Assembly: GCA_007128895.1 (NCBI GenBank)
Contig: SKWO01000010.1
Location: 1 to 54,603 of the forward strand
DNA from: Gammaproteobacteria bacterium
GTDB lineage: Bacteria > Pseudomonadota > Gammaproteobacteria > SKWO01
Length of the DNA: 54,603 bases
Reading direction: 5' to 3'
Below, one piece after another: positions 28,765 through 40,712 of the stretch (positions within the stretch are counted from its first letter, which is position 1; every line of letters begins with the position of its first letter). Made by a program: the position numbers and the translations under genes. Under the pieces are notes generated by a model, which did no database searches, was not told the origin of the DNA, and was given only the letters and a program-made list of their open reading frames with translations.

Positions 28765-29187
28765 GTGGGTCGCGGCGCTCTCTTCTCTCCGTTGATCGGG
28801 GTGCTTGTGCTGTTGCTGGTGCTGCTGATGGTCGTGCTGATGATCCGGTTTGGCTCTGACGGTGGGGCGCCGGCGCAGGTGGAGGTGCCGCCCGAGGCGT
28901 GGCAGCGCGAGCTGGTGCAGCAGCAGGCGCGCATGGCGGCGGTGGCCGACGAGGTCGAGCGTGAGACGGCCCGGCTGCAGGGGGAGATCGCCGACCTGAT
29001 GGCGGACAATCGTGCGCGCCATCGTCGTCTGGCAGATGTGATCCAACGGCTGGAGACGGTGGAGGGCGCGTCGGTGGCACCGCTGCGCCGCGAGGCGGAG
29101 CAGGCACAGCAGCAGCTCGACCACGCCTACCATGAGCTCCAGGAGCGCCAACGCCGGCTGGAACAGGTCTCCGGCGGCCTGCCGTAA
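28765..29187 (+). CDS. Hypothetical single-TM coiled-coil protein
   Basis: GTG 2 nt after the upstream stop; long hydrophobic stretch, then heptad-rich E/Q/R/L sequence. Confidence 0.6.
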   Translation: MGRGALFSPLIGVLVLLLVLLMVVLMIRFGSDGGAPAQVEVPPEAWQRELVQQQARMAAVADEVERETARLQGEIADLMADNRARHRRLADVIQRLETVEGASVAPLRREAEQAQQQLDHAYHELQERQRRLEQVSGGLP

Positions 29188-29200
29188 GCGTCTCCCGTGC

Positions 29201-29230
29201 TTGACCGAAGCGGTCGGGATTGGGTAAATT
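29201..29230 (+). promoter_or_regulatory. Sigma-70 promoter of the ilv operon
   Basis: TTGACC-N18-TAAATT about 40 nt upstream of the GTG start. Confidence 0.55.
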
Positions 29231-29270
29231 CAAAGGTTCCGTCTAAATTCACCGATTGGAGAGTCGCCAA

Positions 29271-30989
29271 GTGGAACTATCGGGTGGCGAGATCATCGTT
29301 CAGTTTCTCAGGGATGAGGGGGTCGAGTACGTCTTCGGCTATCCGGGTGGAGCCGTGCTCCACATCTATGACGCCATCTACAAGGTCCCGGAACTCAACC
29401 ACATTCTGGTGCGCCATGAGCAGGCCGCCATCCATGCCGCCGACGGGTACGCTCGTTCTACCGGCCGTCCTGGTGTGGCCCTGGTCACCTCCGGCCCCGG
29501 TGCGACCAATGCGGTGACCGGCATCGCCACCGCCTTCATGGACTCGATCCCGATGGTGGTCATCACCGGCCAGGTGCCGACCTCGGTGATCGGTTCGGAC
29601 GCCTTCCAGGAGGTCGATTCGGTCGGCATTACCCGCCCCTGTGTCAAGCACAACTTCCTGGTCAAGGATGTACGCGACCTGGCCGAGACGCTGAAGAAGG
29701 CGTTCTACATCGCCACCACCGGCCGCCCCGGACCGGTCGTCGTCGATGTGCCCAAGGATGTCACCGACCCGAACGTGAAGGTGCCGTACAAGCATCCCAA
29801 GCGGGTCTCGATGCGCTCCTACAATCCGGTGGTCAAGGGCCACACCGGGCAGATCAGGAAGGCGGTCGATCTGATCCTGTCGGCCAGGCGGCCGATGATC
29901 TATACCGGCGGCGGCGTGGTGCTGGCCGATGCCGCCAAGGCGTTGATCGACTTCGCCCACCTGCTCGGCTACCCGGTGACCAGTACGCTGATGGGGCTGG
30001 GTGCCTTCCCGTCGAATGATCGCCAGTTCCTTGGCATGCTCGGCATGCACGGGACCTATGAGGCGAACATGGCGATGCACGGTTGCGACACCCTGATCGC
30101 CATCGGAGCCCGTTTCGATGATCGCGTCACCGGCGATCTGCAGAAGTTTTGCCCCGATGCGCGCATCGTCCATATCGACATCGATCCATCGTCGATCTCG
30201 AAGAATGTGCGTGTCGATGTGCCGATCGTCGGCAGTGTCGAGAACGTGCTCAAGGATCTGGGCAAGCTGATCCGCGACAGCGAGCGCAAGCCGAGCCAGA
30301 ACGCGCTGACCAGCTGGTGGAAGCAGATCGACGCCTGGCGCAGCAAACAGTGCATGGCGTACGACCGCGACAGCGCGCTGATCAAACCGCAGCGGGTGCT
30401 CGAGACGCTGCGCGAGGTGGCCGGCGAGGCGCTCTTTGTGACCTCCGATGTGGGTCAGCACCAGATGTGGGCAGCGCAGTACCTGGCCTTCAACAAGCCG
30501 CGGCGCTGGATCAACTCGGGCGGGCTCGGCACCATGGGCTTCGGTCTGCCGGCGGCGATGGGGGTCCAGTTTGCCCACCCGGATGCGCAGGTGGCTTGCG
30601 TCACTGGCGAGGGCAGCATCCAGATGAACATCCAGGAGCTCTCGACCTGCCGTCAGTACGGCCTGCCGATCAAGATCATCAATCTGAACAACCGCTACCT
30701 CGGCATGGTGCGCCAGTGGCAGGAGTTCTTCTATGAGGGGCGCTACTCGATGTCCTACATGGAGGCGCTGCCTGACTTTGTCGCGCTGGTCGAGGCGTAC
30801 GGCCATGTCGGCATGCGCATCGAGCAGCCGGGCGACATCGAGGGGGCGCTGCGCGAGGCGTTCAAGCTCAAGGATCGGCTGGTCTTCCTCGATTTCATCA
30901 CCGACCAGACCGAGAACGTCTATCCGATGATTGCCGCCGGAAAGGGGCACAACGAGATGCAGCTGGCACCGGAACGGGAGTTGGCCTGA
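29271..30989 (+). CDS. ilvI: Acetolactate synthase large subunit
   Basis: FGYPGGAVL, RHEQAA, TSGPGATN, GMLGMHG, DVGQHQMW, SGGLGTMGFG, GEGSIQMN; GTG start after GGAGA. Confidence 0.95.
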   Translation: MELSGGEIIVQFLRDEGVEYVFGYPGGAVLHIYDAIYKVPELNHILVRHEQAAIHAADGYARSTGRPGVALVTSGPGATNAVTGIATAFMDSIPMVVITGQVPTSVIGSDAFQEVDSVGITRPCVKHNFLVKDVRDLAETLKKAFYIATTGRPGPVVVDVPKDVTDPNVKVPYKHPKRVSMRSYNPVVKGHTGQIRKAVDLILSARRPMIYTGGGVVLADAAKALIDFAHLLGYPVTSTLMGLGAFPSNDRQFLGMLGMHGTYEANMAMHGCDTLIAIGARFDDRVTGDLQKFCPDARIVHIDIDPSSISKNVRVDVPIVGSVENVLKDLGKLIRDSERKPSQNALTSWWKQIDAWRSKQCMAYDRDSALIKPQRVLETLREVAGEALFVTSDVGQHQMWAAQYLAFNKPRRWINSGGLGTMGFGLPAAMGVQFAHPDAQVACVTGEGSIQMNIQELSTCRQYGLPIKIINLNNRYLGMVRQWQEFFYEGRYSMSYMEALPDFVALVEAYGHVGMRIEQPGDIEGALREAFKLKDRLVFLDFITDQTENVYPMIAAGKGHNEMQLAPERELA

Positions 30990-31483
30990 TGCGACACATC
31001 ATCTCCATCCTGATCGAAAACGAGGCCGGGGCCCTCTCGCGCGTGGCCGGCCTCTTCTCCGCGCGTGGCTACAACATCGAGACGCTCAGCGTGGCACCGA
31101 CCGAGGACCCGACTCTGTCGCGCATGACCCTGATTACCCGCGGTTCGGACGAGATCATCGAGCAGATTACCAAGCAGTTGAACAAGCTGATCGACGTGGT
31201 CAAGGTGCTCGACCTGACCGAGGGCGCCCACCTCGAGCGCGAGCTGATGCTGATCAAGGTACGCGCCACCGGCGGCGAGCAGCGTGACGAGATCAAGCGG
31301 CTGGCCGACATCTTCCGTGGGCGCATCATCGATGTCACCGAGACCACCTTTACCATCGAACTGACCGGCACCTGGGACAAGCTTGACGGCTTCATCCAAG
31401 TGCTCGATCCGGCGCTGATTCTGGAGACGGTGCGAACCGGCGTGGCCGGCATCGCACGGGGAGAGCGATCACTGCGCGCATGA
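30989..31483 (+). CDS. ilvH: Acetolactate synthase small regulatory subunit
   Basis: MRHIISILIENEAGALSRVAGLFSARGYNIE (ACT domain); KQLNKLIDV; ERELMLIKV. Confidence 0.95.
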   Translation: MRHIISILIENEAGALSRVAGLFSARGYNIETLSVAPTEDPTLSRMTLITRGSDEIIEQITKQLNKLIDVVKVLDLTEGAHLERELMLIKVRATGGEQRDEIKRLADIFRGRIIDVTETTFTIELTGTWDKLDGFIQVLDPALILETVRTGVAGIARGERSLRA

Positions 31484-31505
31484 GTACCGCGGCCGCTCGT
31501 GGTAA

Positions 31506-32609
<1,104 letters not shown>

Positions 32610-32625
32610 TCGGTCAGGAGGCTGC

Positions 32626-33396
32626 ATGAGCGACGGCGGCGGTCATCAGAGGCGGCGGCGGGGGATCTACCTGCTGCCCAACCTGTTCACCACGGCCGCG
32701 CTCTTTGCCGGCTTCTACGCGATCATCGCGGCGGTTGGCGGCCGCTTTACCGAGGCCGCCGCCGCCATCTTCGTGGCCATGGTGCTCGACGGGGTGGACG
32801 GTCGCGTAGCACGCCTGACCAACACCCAGAGCGCCTTCGGTACCGAGTACGACAGTCTGGCCGACATGGTCTCATTCGGCGTCGCACCGGCACTGGTGAC
32901 CTTTCTCTGGCTGCTGCACGATACCGGCAATCTCGGTTGGCTGGCCGCCTTTGTCTACACGGCCGGTGCGGCCCTGCGCCTGGCTCGCTTCAATGCCCAG
33001 GTCGCCACCGCCGACAAGCGCTACTTCCAGGGGTTGCCCAGCCCCGCGGCGGCGGCGCTGATTGCCGGGCTGGTCTGGCTGGGGGCGAGCTACGAGGAGC
33101 CGGGCCTGGGTTGGACGCCGCTGGCCATCGTGCTGCTCATCGCGGCCGGCCTGTTGATGGTCAGCAACTTCCGCTACCACAGCTTCAAGCAGCTCGACAT
33201 GCGCGGGCGGGTGCCGTTCATGACCCTGCTCGTGGTGGTGCTGCTCTTTGTCCTGATCGCGCTCGACCCGCCGCAGATTCTCTTTGCCGGCTTTCTGCTT
33301 TACGCCATGTCGGGGCCGGTGCTGACGCTGCTCCATCTGCGTCGCCACCGCCAGGAGCGGCGCGGCTCGGATGACGGGGCGCCGCCGTCAAGTTGA
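32626..33396 (+). CDS. pssA: CDP-diacylglycerol--serine O-phosphatidyltransferase
   Basis: GIYLLPNLFT; DGVDGRVARLTNTQSAFGTEYDSLADMVSFGVAP; LRLARFN; FQGLPSP. Confidence 0.93.
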   Translation: MSDGGGHQRRRRGIYLLPNLFTTAALFAGFYAIIAAVGGRFTEAAAAIFVAMVLDGVDGRVARLTNTQSAFGTEYDSLADMVSFGVAPALVTFLWLLHDTGNLGWLAAFVYTAGAALRLARFNAQVATADKRYFQGLPSPAAAALIAGLVWLGASYEEPGLGWTPLAIVLLIAAGLLMVSNFRYHSFKQLDMRGRVPFMTLLVVVLLFVLIALDPPQILFAGFLLYAMSGPVLTLLHLRRHRQERRGSDDGAPPSS

Positions 33397-33419
33397 CGCG
33401 GCGGCTGCGCCATGGGCGC

Positions 33420-33457
33420 GACAAAATTTTGACATATCGGGGCGCCGTCGCTAAGCT
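33420..33457 (+). promoter_or_regulatory. Sigma-70 promoter of fleQ overlapped by a FleQ-box-like site
   Basis: TTGACA (33429-34)-N17-TAAGCT (33452-57); GACAAAATTTTGAC (33420-33) covers the -35. Confidence 0.7.
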
Positions 33458-33463
33458 GGCGCC

Positions 33464-34861
33464 ATGTCTCATACCCTGCTCCTGCTCGAAGAAGACCCGG
33501 CCCGTCGCCACGAGCTGGCGACGGTCCTGCACTTTGCCGACTACCGGGTCGTTGCGGCCGATCGCGCCGGCGTCGTCGATGGTTGGCCGGGCGAGGGCGA
33601 GGCCGCCGACGAGGCCGGTGCGGTCGATCTGATCCTGCTGGGCAGCGGTTTTTCCGTCGATTGGCAGCCAGAGCTGTTGGCGACGGTGCAGGGTTGGGGG
33701 GTCGATGCACCGCTGGTGCTCTGCCATGCGGGTGGCGGGCGTTGGCATCCGCGGGTACAGGCAGCGGCGGTCGGCGAACTGCGCTGGCCTCTGCGACAGG
33801 TGGAGCTCGCCGAGCTCTTTGCCCGCCTCGGTCGGCAGCGCGAGCAGTCGGTGCTCTGGGCGCGCAGTGGCGAGCGTGAGTTGGCGCAGCGTCTGGCAGG
33901 AAGCAGTGCGGCGATGGCACAGGTGCGTAACATGATCGCCAAGGTGGCACGCTCCGATGCCAGTGTGTTGATCCTGGGTGAGTCAGGCACCGGCAAGGAG
34001 ATTGTCGCTCGTGCGCTGCACGCCTGTTCCGATCGCTTTGAACACCCCTTTGTCCCGGTCAATTGCGGGGCCATCCCCCCTGAGCTGCTCGAGAGCGAGC
34101 TCTTCGGCCATGAAAAGGGGGCCTTTACCGGGGCCTTTACCACCCGCCAGGGCCGCTTTGAGCTGGCCGAGGGCGGGACGCTCTTCCTCGATGAGATCGG
34201 CGACATGCCTTTGCCGATGCAGGTCAAACTGCTGCGCGTGATCCAGGAGCGGGTCTTCGAGCGGGTCGGCAGCAACCGTTCGCTGCCCACCGATGTGCGC
34301 ATCATTGCCGCGACCCACCGCAACCTTGAGGCGCTGATTGAGGAAGGGCTCTTTCGCGAAGACCTCTACTACCGCCTCAATGTCTTTCCGATCGAGGTAC
34401 CGCCGTTGCGCGAGCGGCGTGGTGACATCCCTGAGCTGATCGAGGTCTGGAGTCGTGAGATGCATCGGCGCGGTTATCAGCCTGTGACGCTGGATGGCGC
34501 GGCGCGCGCCGCGTTGGCGGCCTATGATTGGCCGGGTAATGTGCGTGAGCTGGGTAACGTCATCGAGCGGCTCACCATCATGCACCCGGGGGGGCAGATC
34601 ACCCCCGCCGAGCTGCCGGAACGGCTGCGTCTGGCCACGGCCGATACCGACCCGGTAGGCGGCGTGGTTGCGGATGAGGGGGCGGCCCTGTTGCCGGTGG
34701 GTGGCCTCGACCTGAAGAGCCATCTGGCCTCGATCGAGTCGTCACTGATCCGGCAGGCGCTGGAGCAGGCCGGTGGTGTGGTCGCTCAGGCAGCCCAGCT
34801 GCTGGGTGTGCGTCGAACGACCCTGGTGGAGAAGATGCGCAAGTTCGGCATGCAACGCTGA
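33464..34861 (+). CDS. fleQ: Sigma-54-dependent flagellar master regulator FleQ/FlrA
   Basis: Atypical receiver-like N-terminus; [38 protein letters not shown]; C-terminal [23 protein letters not shown]; directly before fleS-fleR. Confidence 0.88.
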   Translation: MSHTLLLLEEDPARRHELATVLHFADYRVVAADRAGVVDGWPGEGEAADEAGAVDLILLGSGFSVDWQPELLATVQGWGVDAPLVLCHAGGGRWHPRVQAAAVGELRWPLRQVELAELFARLGRQREQSVLWARSGERELAQRLAGSSAAMAQVRNMIAKVARSDASVLILGESGTGKEIVARALHACSDRFEHPFVPVNCGAIPPELLESELFGHEKGAFTGAFTTRQGRFELAEGGTLFLDEIGDMPLPMQVKLLRVIQERVFERVGSNRSLPTDVRIIAATHRNLEALIEEGLFREDLYYRLNVFPIEVPPLRERRGDIPELIEVWSREMHRRGYQPVTLDGAARAALAAYDWPGNVRELGNVIERLTIMHPGGQITPAELPERLRLATADTDPVGGVVADEGAALLPVGGLDLKSHLASIESSLIRQALEQAGGVVAQAAQLLGVRRTTLVEKMRKFGMQR

Positions 34862-34922
34862 TATTTTGACGGACGCGTCGCACAGGTGGCGCTGCCTCCT
34901 TTTCAATCAGTGTGTTGTGTTT

Positions 34923-34938
34923 TGGCATGACCGTTGCT
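34923..34938 (+). promoter_or_regulatory. Sigma-54 promoter for fleSR-fliE...
   Basis: TGGCATGACCGTTGCT (-24 GG / -12 GC). Confidence 0.88.
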
Positions 34939-34973
34939 TTAGCTCTGGGAGTTCAGTAGAGGTCGCCAGAAGC

Positions 34974-36167
34974 ATGACGGAGGAGCCGCGCGCACAGATG
35001 AATCAGCCGTCGATCGCCGATATGGGGCAATTGGCTCAAGCCTTTGCCCACTTCAATCAGCTCTCGGACGACCTGATCCACAGCTATGCCGAACTGCAGG
35101 CGCAGATCGAGACGCTGCAGCACGAGCTGCATCAGGCGCACGAGGATCGCCGCAGCGAGGCGGAGCAGCGCGAGCGGCTGGCGCGCCGCCACGATGCGCT
35201 GCTGGACGCGCTGCCGGCCGGCGTGGTGGTGATCGACGGTAGCGGTACGGTGCAGTCGTCCAATCCGGCCGCGCGCGATCTGCTCGGCGAGCCGCTCAAC
35301 GGCGCCGCCTGGCGTGCTGTGATCGGGCGTGCCTTCATGCCGCGCCCCGACGATGGGCCGGATGTCTCTCTGGCCGATGGTCGACGCGTCAATATCTCGA
35401 CATGCCCGCTCGGGGGCGAGGCAAGCCAGATCGTGCTGCTGGTCGAGGTGACCGAGAACCGGCGCCTGCAGGCACTGCTCGAGCGGCAGAAGCGGCTGGG
35501 TGAGATGGGGCAGATGGCCTCCTCGCTGGCGCACCAGATCCGCACGCCGATCGCTTCGGCGCTACTCTATTGCTCGCACCTTCAGCGCCAGGGGCTGGGG
35601 GATGAGGAGCGGTTGCGCGTGGCCGACCGACTGGTCAACCAGATGCGCCACTTGGAGCGGCTGGTCAACGACATGCTGGTCTTCGCCCGTGGGGGTGGCG
35701 GTGGTCGGGCGCCCGTCGTACTCGGTGATCTGCTGGAGGCGCTGCGCCAGCAAGTGGCGCTGCAGCCGGAGGGTGCCGAGCGGGTGGCCTTCCATATCCC
35801 GGATGGCGGGGCGCAGGTGCTCGGCAACGGCGAGCTGCTGCAGAGCAGTCTGCACAACCTGGTGACCAATGGTCTGCAGGTTGCCGAGCGGGTCGAGGTC
35901 CGCGTTGAGCGGGTGACGCTGGCGGCTGGCGAGGGGATCGATATCCGGGTCGAGGACAACGGCCCAGGCGTCGATCCGGCCCATGTCGAGCGGCTCTTCG
36001 AGCCCTTTTTCACCACTCGCCAGGGCGGGACCGGTCTTGGTCTGGCGGTGGTGCGCGCGGTGGCTCGCTCCCACCACGGCGACGCCTGGTACGAGCCGCG
36101 CAGCGAGGGCGGCAGCCGCTTCATTGTGCGGCTACCGCTGTGGACCCCAACATCGGCGAGCGATTGA
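34974..36167 (+). CDS. fleS: PAS histidine kinase FleS/FlrB
   Basis: LAQAFAHFNQLS...SY coiled coil; PAS (LPAGVVVID...NPAA); H-box LAHQIRTP; N, G1, F, G2 boxes; no TM. Alternative start 34998. Confidence 0.88.
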   Translation: MTEEPRAQMNQPSIADMGQLAQAFAHFNQLSDDLIHSYAELQAQIETLQHELHQAHEDRRSEAEQRERLARRHDALLDALPAGVVVIDGSGTVQSSNPAARDLLGEPLNGAAWRAVIGRAFMPRPDDGPDVSLADGRRVNISTCPLGGEASQIVLLVEVTENRRLQALLERQKRLGEMGQMASSLAHQIRTPIASALLYCSHLQRQGLGDEERLRVADRLVNQMRHLERLVNDMLVFARGGGGGRAPVVLGDLLEALRQQVALQPEGAERVAFHIPDGGAQVLGNGELLQSSLHNLVTNGLQVAERVEVRVERVTLAAGEGIDIRVEDNGPGVDPAHVERLFEPFFTTRQGGTGLGLAVVRAVARSHHGDAWYEPRSEGGSRFIVRLPLWTPTSASD

Positions 36168-36177
36168 GCAGGAGCCC

Positions 36178-37575
<1,398 letters not shown>

Positions 37576-37593
37576 GCAACGGAGTTCACGGCG

Positions 37594-37932
37594 ATGAGTG
37601 ACAACATGGCGATTCAGCAGGTGTTGGCGCAGATGCGCAGCCTGCAGGCGCAGGCGGGCGGTGCGACACCGCCCGCAGCGGCGCCGACGGCGGCCGACCC
37701 CACCGCAGCCGGTAACTTTGCCGAGCTGCTGAAGCAGTCGGTAGCGCGGGTCAACGAGCTGCAGCAGGAGTCCGATACGCTGCGCACGGCGCTCGAACTG
37801 GGCGACCCCAACGTCAGCCTGCCGCAGGTGATGATTGCCTCGGAAAAGGCCAGTGTCGCCTTCCAGGCCACCCTGCAGGTACGCAATAAACTGGTTGAAG
37901 CGTACAAAGAAATCATGAACATGCCGGTATGA
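37594..37932 (+). CDS. fliE: Flagellar hook-basal body protein FliE
   Basis: FAELLKQSV..VN, VMIASEKASVAF, QVRNKLVEAYKEIMNMPV. Confidence 0.95.
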   Translation: MSDNMAIQQVLAQMRSLQAQAGGATPPAAAPTAADPTAAGNFAELLKQSVARVNELQQESDTLRTALELGDPNVSLPQVMIASEKASVAFQATLQVRNKLVEAYKEIMNMPV

Positions 37933-37949
37933 TGGGAGTGGATTGAGGC

Positions 37950-39674
37950 ATGGAACAGGCGATCCCACAAGCGCAGGCGCAAGGCGTCGATGAGACCGGT
38001 CAGCAGCCGCAGAACGCACTGGACCGCTTTCTGACCTTGCCGCCCGGACGCCAGGCGGCGCTGCTGGTCGCCGTGGCGGCCTCGATCGCGGTGATCGTGG
38101 CGGTGGTGCTGTGGGCGCGCCAGCCTTCCTATGCCTTGCTTTTTGGCAACATGCCGGAGCGGGATGCCGCGCAAGTGGTCGAGGCCCTGCGCGCGGCCAA
38201 TGTGCCCTACCGTCTGGATGAGCGCAGTGGCCAGATCATGGTGCCGGCCCGCCATGTCCACGAGACGCGCCTGCAACTGGCCGCCCAAGGGCTGCCGCAG
38301 GGGGGCGCCCGGGGGTTCGAGTTGCTGGATACCGATCAGGGATTTGGTGTCAGCCAGTTCATGGAGACGGCGCGCTACCACCGGGCGATCGAGGGGGAGC
38401 TGGCCCGCTCCGTGATGACGTTGCGCGGCGTGGAGAGCGCTCGGGTCCACCTCGCCCTGCCACGCCAGACGGTCTTTGTGCGTGATCGCCAGAAGCCGAG
38501 TGCGTCGGTGCTGGTCCACCTCTCTCAAGGGCGCGGGCTGAGCCATGAGCAGGTGGATGCGATCATCCATCTGGTGGCTGCCTCGATTCCCGAGATGGAG
38601 CCGGAGCAGGTGACCGTGGTCGACCAGCACGGCCGCCTGCTGACCGGCAATCGCGACCGTGATCCGAGCATCGGCCGCAACGAGTTTCAGTTCGAGTACG
38701 CACGTCGCCTCGAACAGAATTTCATTGCGCGTATCGAACACATTCTGGCGCCGGTCGTCGGGGCGCAGGGGGTGCGCGCCCAGGTGGTCGCCGATATCGA
38801 CTTTTCCGAGACGGAGAAGACCCAGGAGCTGTTCAATCCGGATATGCCGGCGCTGCGCAGCGAGCAGATCGAAGAGGAACGGTCGACCGGACGGGCGCCG
38901 GGCGGTATCCCGGGCGCGCTCTCGAATGAGCCGCCGGCGGCCGGTGTGGCGCCGGAGGTGGCGGCCGACGGTGCCGGTGTGCTTGGCAGTGGCGGTACGG
39001 AACGCAGCCTCAACCGCGCCACGCGCAATTTCGAGCTGGACAAGACGATCAGCCATACCCGTCTGGCCAGCGGCACGGTACGGCGTCTCTCGGTCGCTGT
39101 GGTGGTCGACGATCACGCCGTGCTCGACGAGGAGGGGCAGCTCCAGCGGCAGCCGCGGGATGCCGCCGAGATCGAGCGGATTACCGCGCTGGTCCGGGAT
39201 GCGGTCGGCTTTGATCCGCGACGTGGCGACACGGTCAGCGTGATCAACGCCTCCTTCGCCCTCGAAGAGGCCGAGCCGTTCAGCGTGCCTATCTACCAGC
39301 AGCCGTGGTTCCACGAGGTACTCAAGGGGCTCTTTGCGCTGATCGTGGTGCTGGTGGTGGCCCTGGGCGTACTGCGGCCACTGATCCGTGGCATCCTGGC
39401 GCCGCCGGCGCCGCCCGCCGAGGCGGGTGCCGGCAGTAGCCGAGGGGCCGGTGGTGAAGGCCGCGCGCTCGGACCGGACGGTGAGCCGCTGGAGGACGAT
39501 CAGGTGACCCTGAGCGGAGGCGCAGAAGGGGGGACTGCCGCCGCCGCGATGCGTCGCCGCAAGGAGCCGGAGTACGATCCGTACGAGGAGTATCTCAAGG
39601 CGACCAAGGAGATCGTCACGCAGGATCCCAAGAAGGTGGCCCAGGTGGTTCGCACCTGGCTGCAGGAAGAGTAG
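37950..39674 (+). CDS. fliF: Flagellar M-ring protein FliF
   Basis: GFELLD..FGVSQF, EGELARS, SARVHLALP, KPSASV, VTVVDQHG, PGGIPGALSN, TRNFELD; two TMs. Confidence 0.96.
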   Translation: MEQAIPQAQAQGVDETGQQPQNALDRFLTLPPGRQAALLVAVAASIAVIVAVVLWARQPSYALLFGNMPERDAAQVVEALRAANVPYRLDERSGQIMVPARHVHETRLQLAAQGLPQGGARGFELLDTDQGFGVSQFMETARYHRAIEGELARSVMTLRGVESARVHLALPRQTVFVRDRQKPSASVLVHLSQGRGLSHEQVDAIIHLVAASIPEMEPEQVTVVDQHGRLLTGNRDRDPSIGRNEFQFEYARRLEQNFIARIEHILAPVVGAQGVRAQVVADIDFSETEKTQELFNPDMPALRSEQIEEERSTGRAPGGIPGALSNEPPAAGVAPEVAADGAGVLGSGGTERSLNRATRNFELDKTISHTRLASGTVRRLSVAVVVDDHAVLDEEGQLQRQPRDAAEIERITALVRDAVGFDPRRGDTVSVINASFALEEAEPFSVPIYQQPWFHEVLKGLFALIVVLVVALGVLRPLIRGILAPPAPPAEAGAGSSRGAGGEGRALGPDGEPLEDDQVTLSGGAEGGTAAAAMRRRKEPEYDPYEEYLKATKEIVTQDPKKVAQVVRTWLQEE

Positions 39675-39689
39675 GGGAGCAGCAGCGGC

Positions 39690-40712
39690 ATGGCGGAACA
39701 GGCGGTCAAGGAAGAGAAGGTGCTCAACGGGTCGGAGCGTTCGGCGATCCTGCTGATGACGCTCGGCGAACAGGACGCGGCGACCCTGCTCAAGCACCTC
39801 AATCCCAAGGAGGTGCAGCGCATCGGTGAGGCGATGGCGTCGATCGGGCCGATCTCGCGCAAGATGGTCAACGATGTGCTGGAGGCCTTTCTCGATGCCG
39901 CCGGTGTGCATACCAGCCTTGGGGTTGGCTCCGAGGACTACCTGCGCAGCATCCTGACCGAGGCGCTCGGCGGCGACAAGGCGGCCGGCCTGATCGACCG
40001 GATCCTGCTTGGGCGCTCCTCCAAGGGGCTGGAGACGCTCAAGTGGATGGACCCGCGCGCGATCGCCGAGGTCATCCGCCTCGAGCACCCGCAGATCATC
40101 GCCATTGTGCTCTCCCATCTGGAGTCGGATCAGGCCGCCAATGTGCTCTCGGCCCTGCCGGACAAGATGCGTCCCGATATCCTGATGCGCATCGCCACCC
40201 TCGACGGTATCCAGCCCAGTGCGCTGCACGAGCTCGACGACATCCTCGAACAGCAGTTCTCCGGTCAGTCCGACAACATCAAGTCGTCGACCATCGGCGG
40301 GGTGAAGACGGCGGCCGACCTGCTCAACTTCCTCGATACGGCGATCGAAGGCGAGTTGATCGAGTACGTCAAGGAGACCGACGCCGAACTGGCCGAGAAG
40401 ATCGAGGATCTGATGTTCGTCTTCGCCAACCTGGGCGAGATCGACGATCGCAGCATGCAGACGCTGCTGCGCGAGGTGGAATCCGAGACCCTGATCACGG
40501 CGCTCAAGGGGGCCGACGAGCAGGTCAAGGAGAAGGTCTTCCGCAACATGTCCAAGCGTGCCGGCGAGATGCTGCGCGACGACCTGGAGGCGAAGGGGCC
40601 GGTGCGTCTGAGCGATGTCGAGGGGGCGCAGAAGGAGATCCTGGCGATCGCTCGCCGCCTGTCCGAGTCGGGCGAGATTTCGCTGGGCGGCGCGGGCGAG
40701 GAGTATGTCTAA
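39690..40712 (+). CDS. fliG: Flagellar motor switch protein FliG
   Basis: AILLMTLGE, EHPQIIA, GGVKTAA, MFVF, NMSKRAG, GPVRLSDVE. Confidence 0.97.
   Translation: MAEQAVKEEKVLNGSERSAILLMTLGEQDAATLLKHLNPKEVQRIGEAMASIGPISRKMVNDVLEAFLDAAGVHTSLGVGSEDYLRSILTEALGGDKAAGLIDRILLGRSSKGLETLKWMDPRAIAEVIRLEHPQIIAIVLSHLESDQAANVLSALPDKMRPDILMRIATLDGIQPSALHELDDILEQQFSGQSDNIKSSTIGGVKTAADLLNFLDTAIEGELIEYVKETDAELAEKIEDLMFVFANLGEIDDRSMQTLLREVESETLITALKGADEQVKEKVFRNMSKRAGEMLRDDLEAKGPVRLSDVEGAQKEILAIARRLSESGEISLGGAGEEYV

Noticed and set aside
29188-29270. ilv leader-peptide attenuator
   Set aside because: The leader is only about 35 nt, with no Ile/Leu/Val-rich peptide or terminator.
37614-40229. Very long antisense ORFs (871 aa here; also 36121-38019, 41237-43264, 13549-15489, 22507-24324, 27248-29233, 29277-30950, 48047-49798)
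   Set aside because: They mirror well-supported genes on the opposite strand, which is expected in high-GC codon-biased DNA, and show no recognisable motifs.
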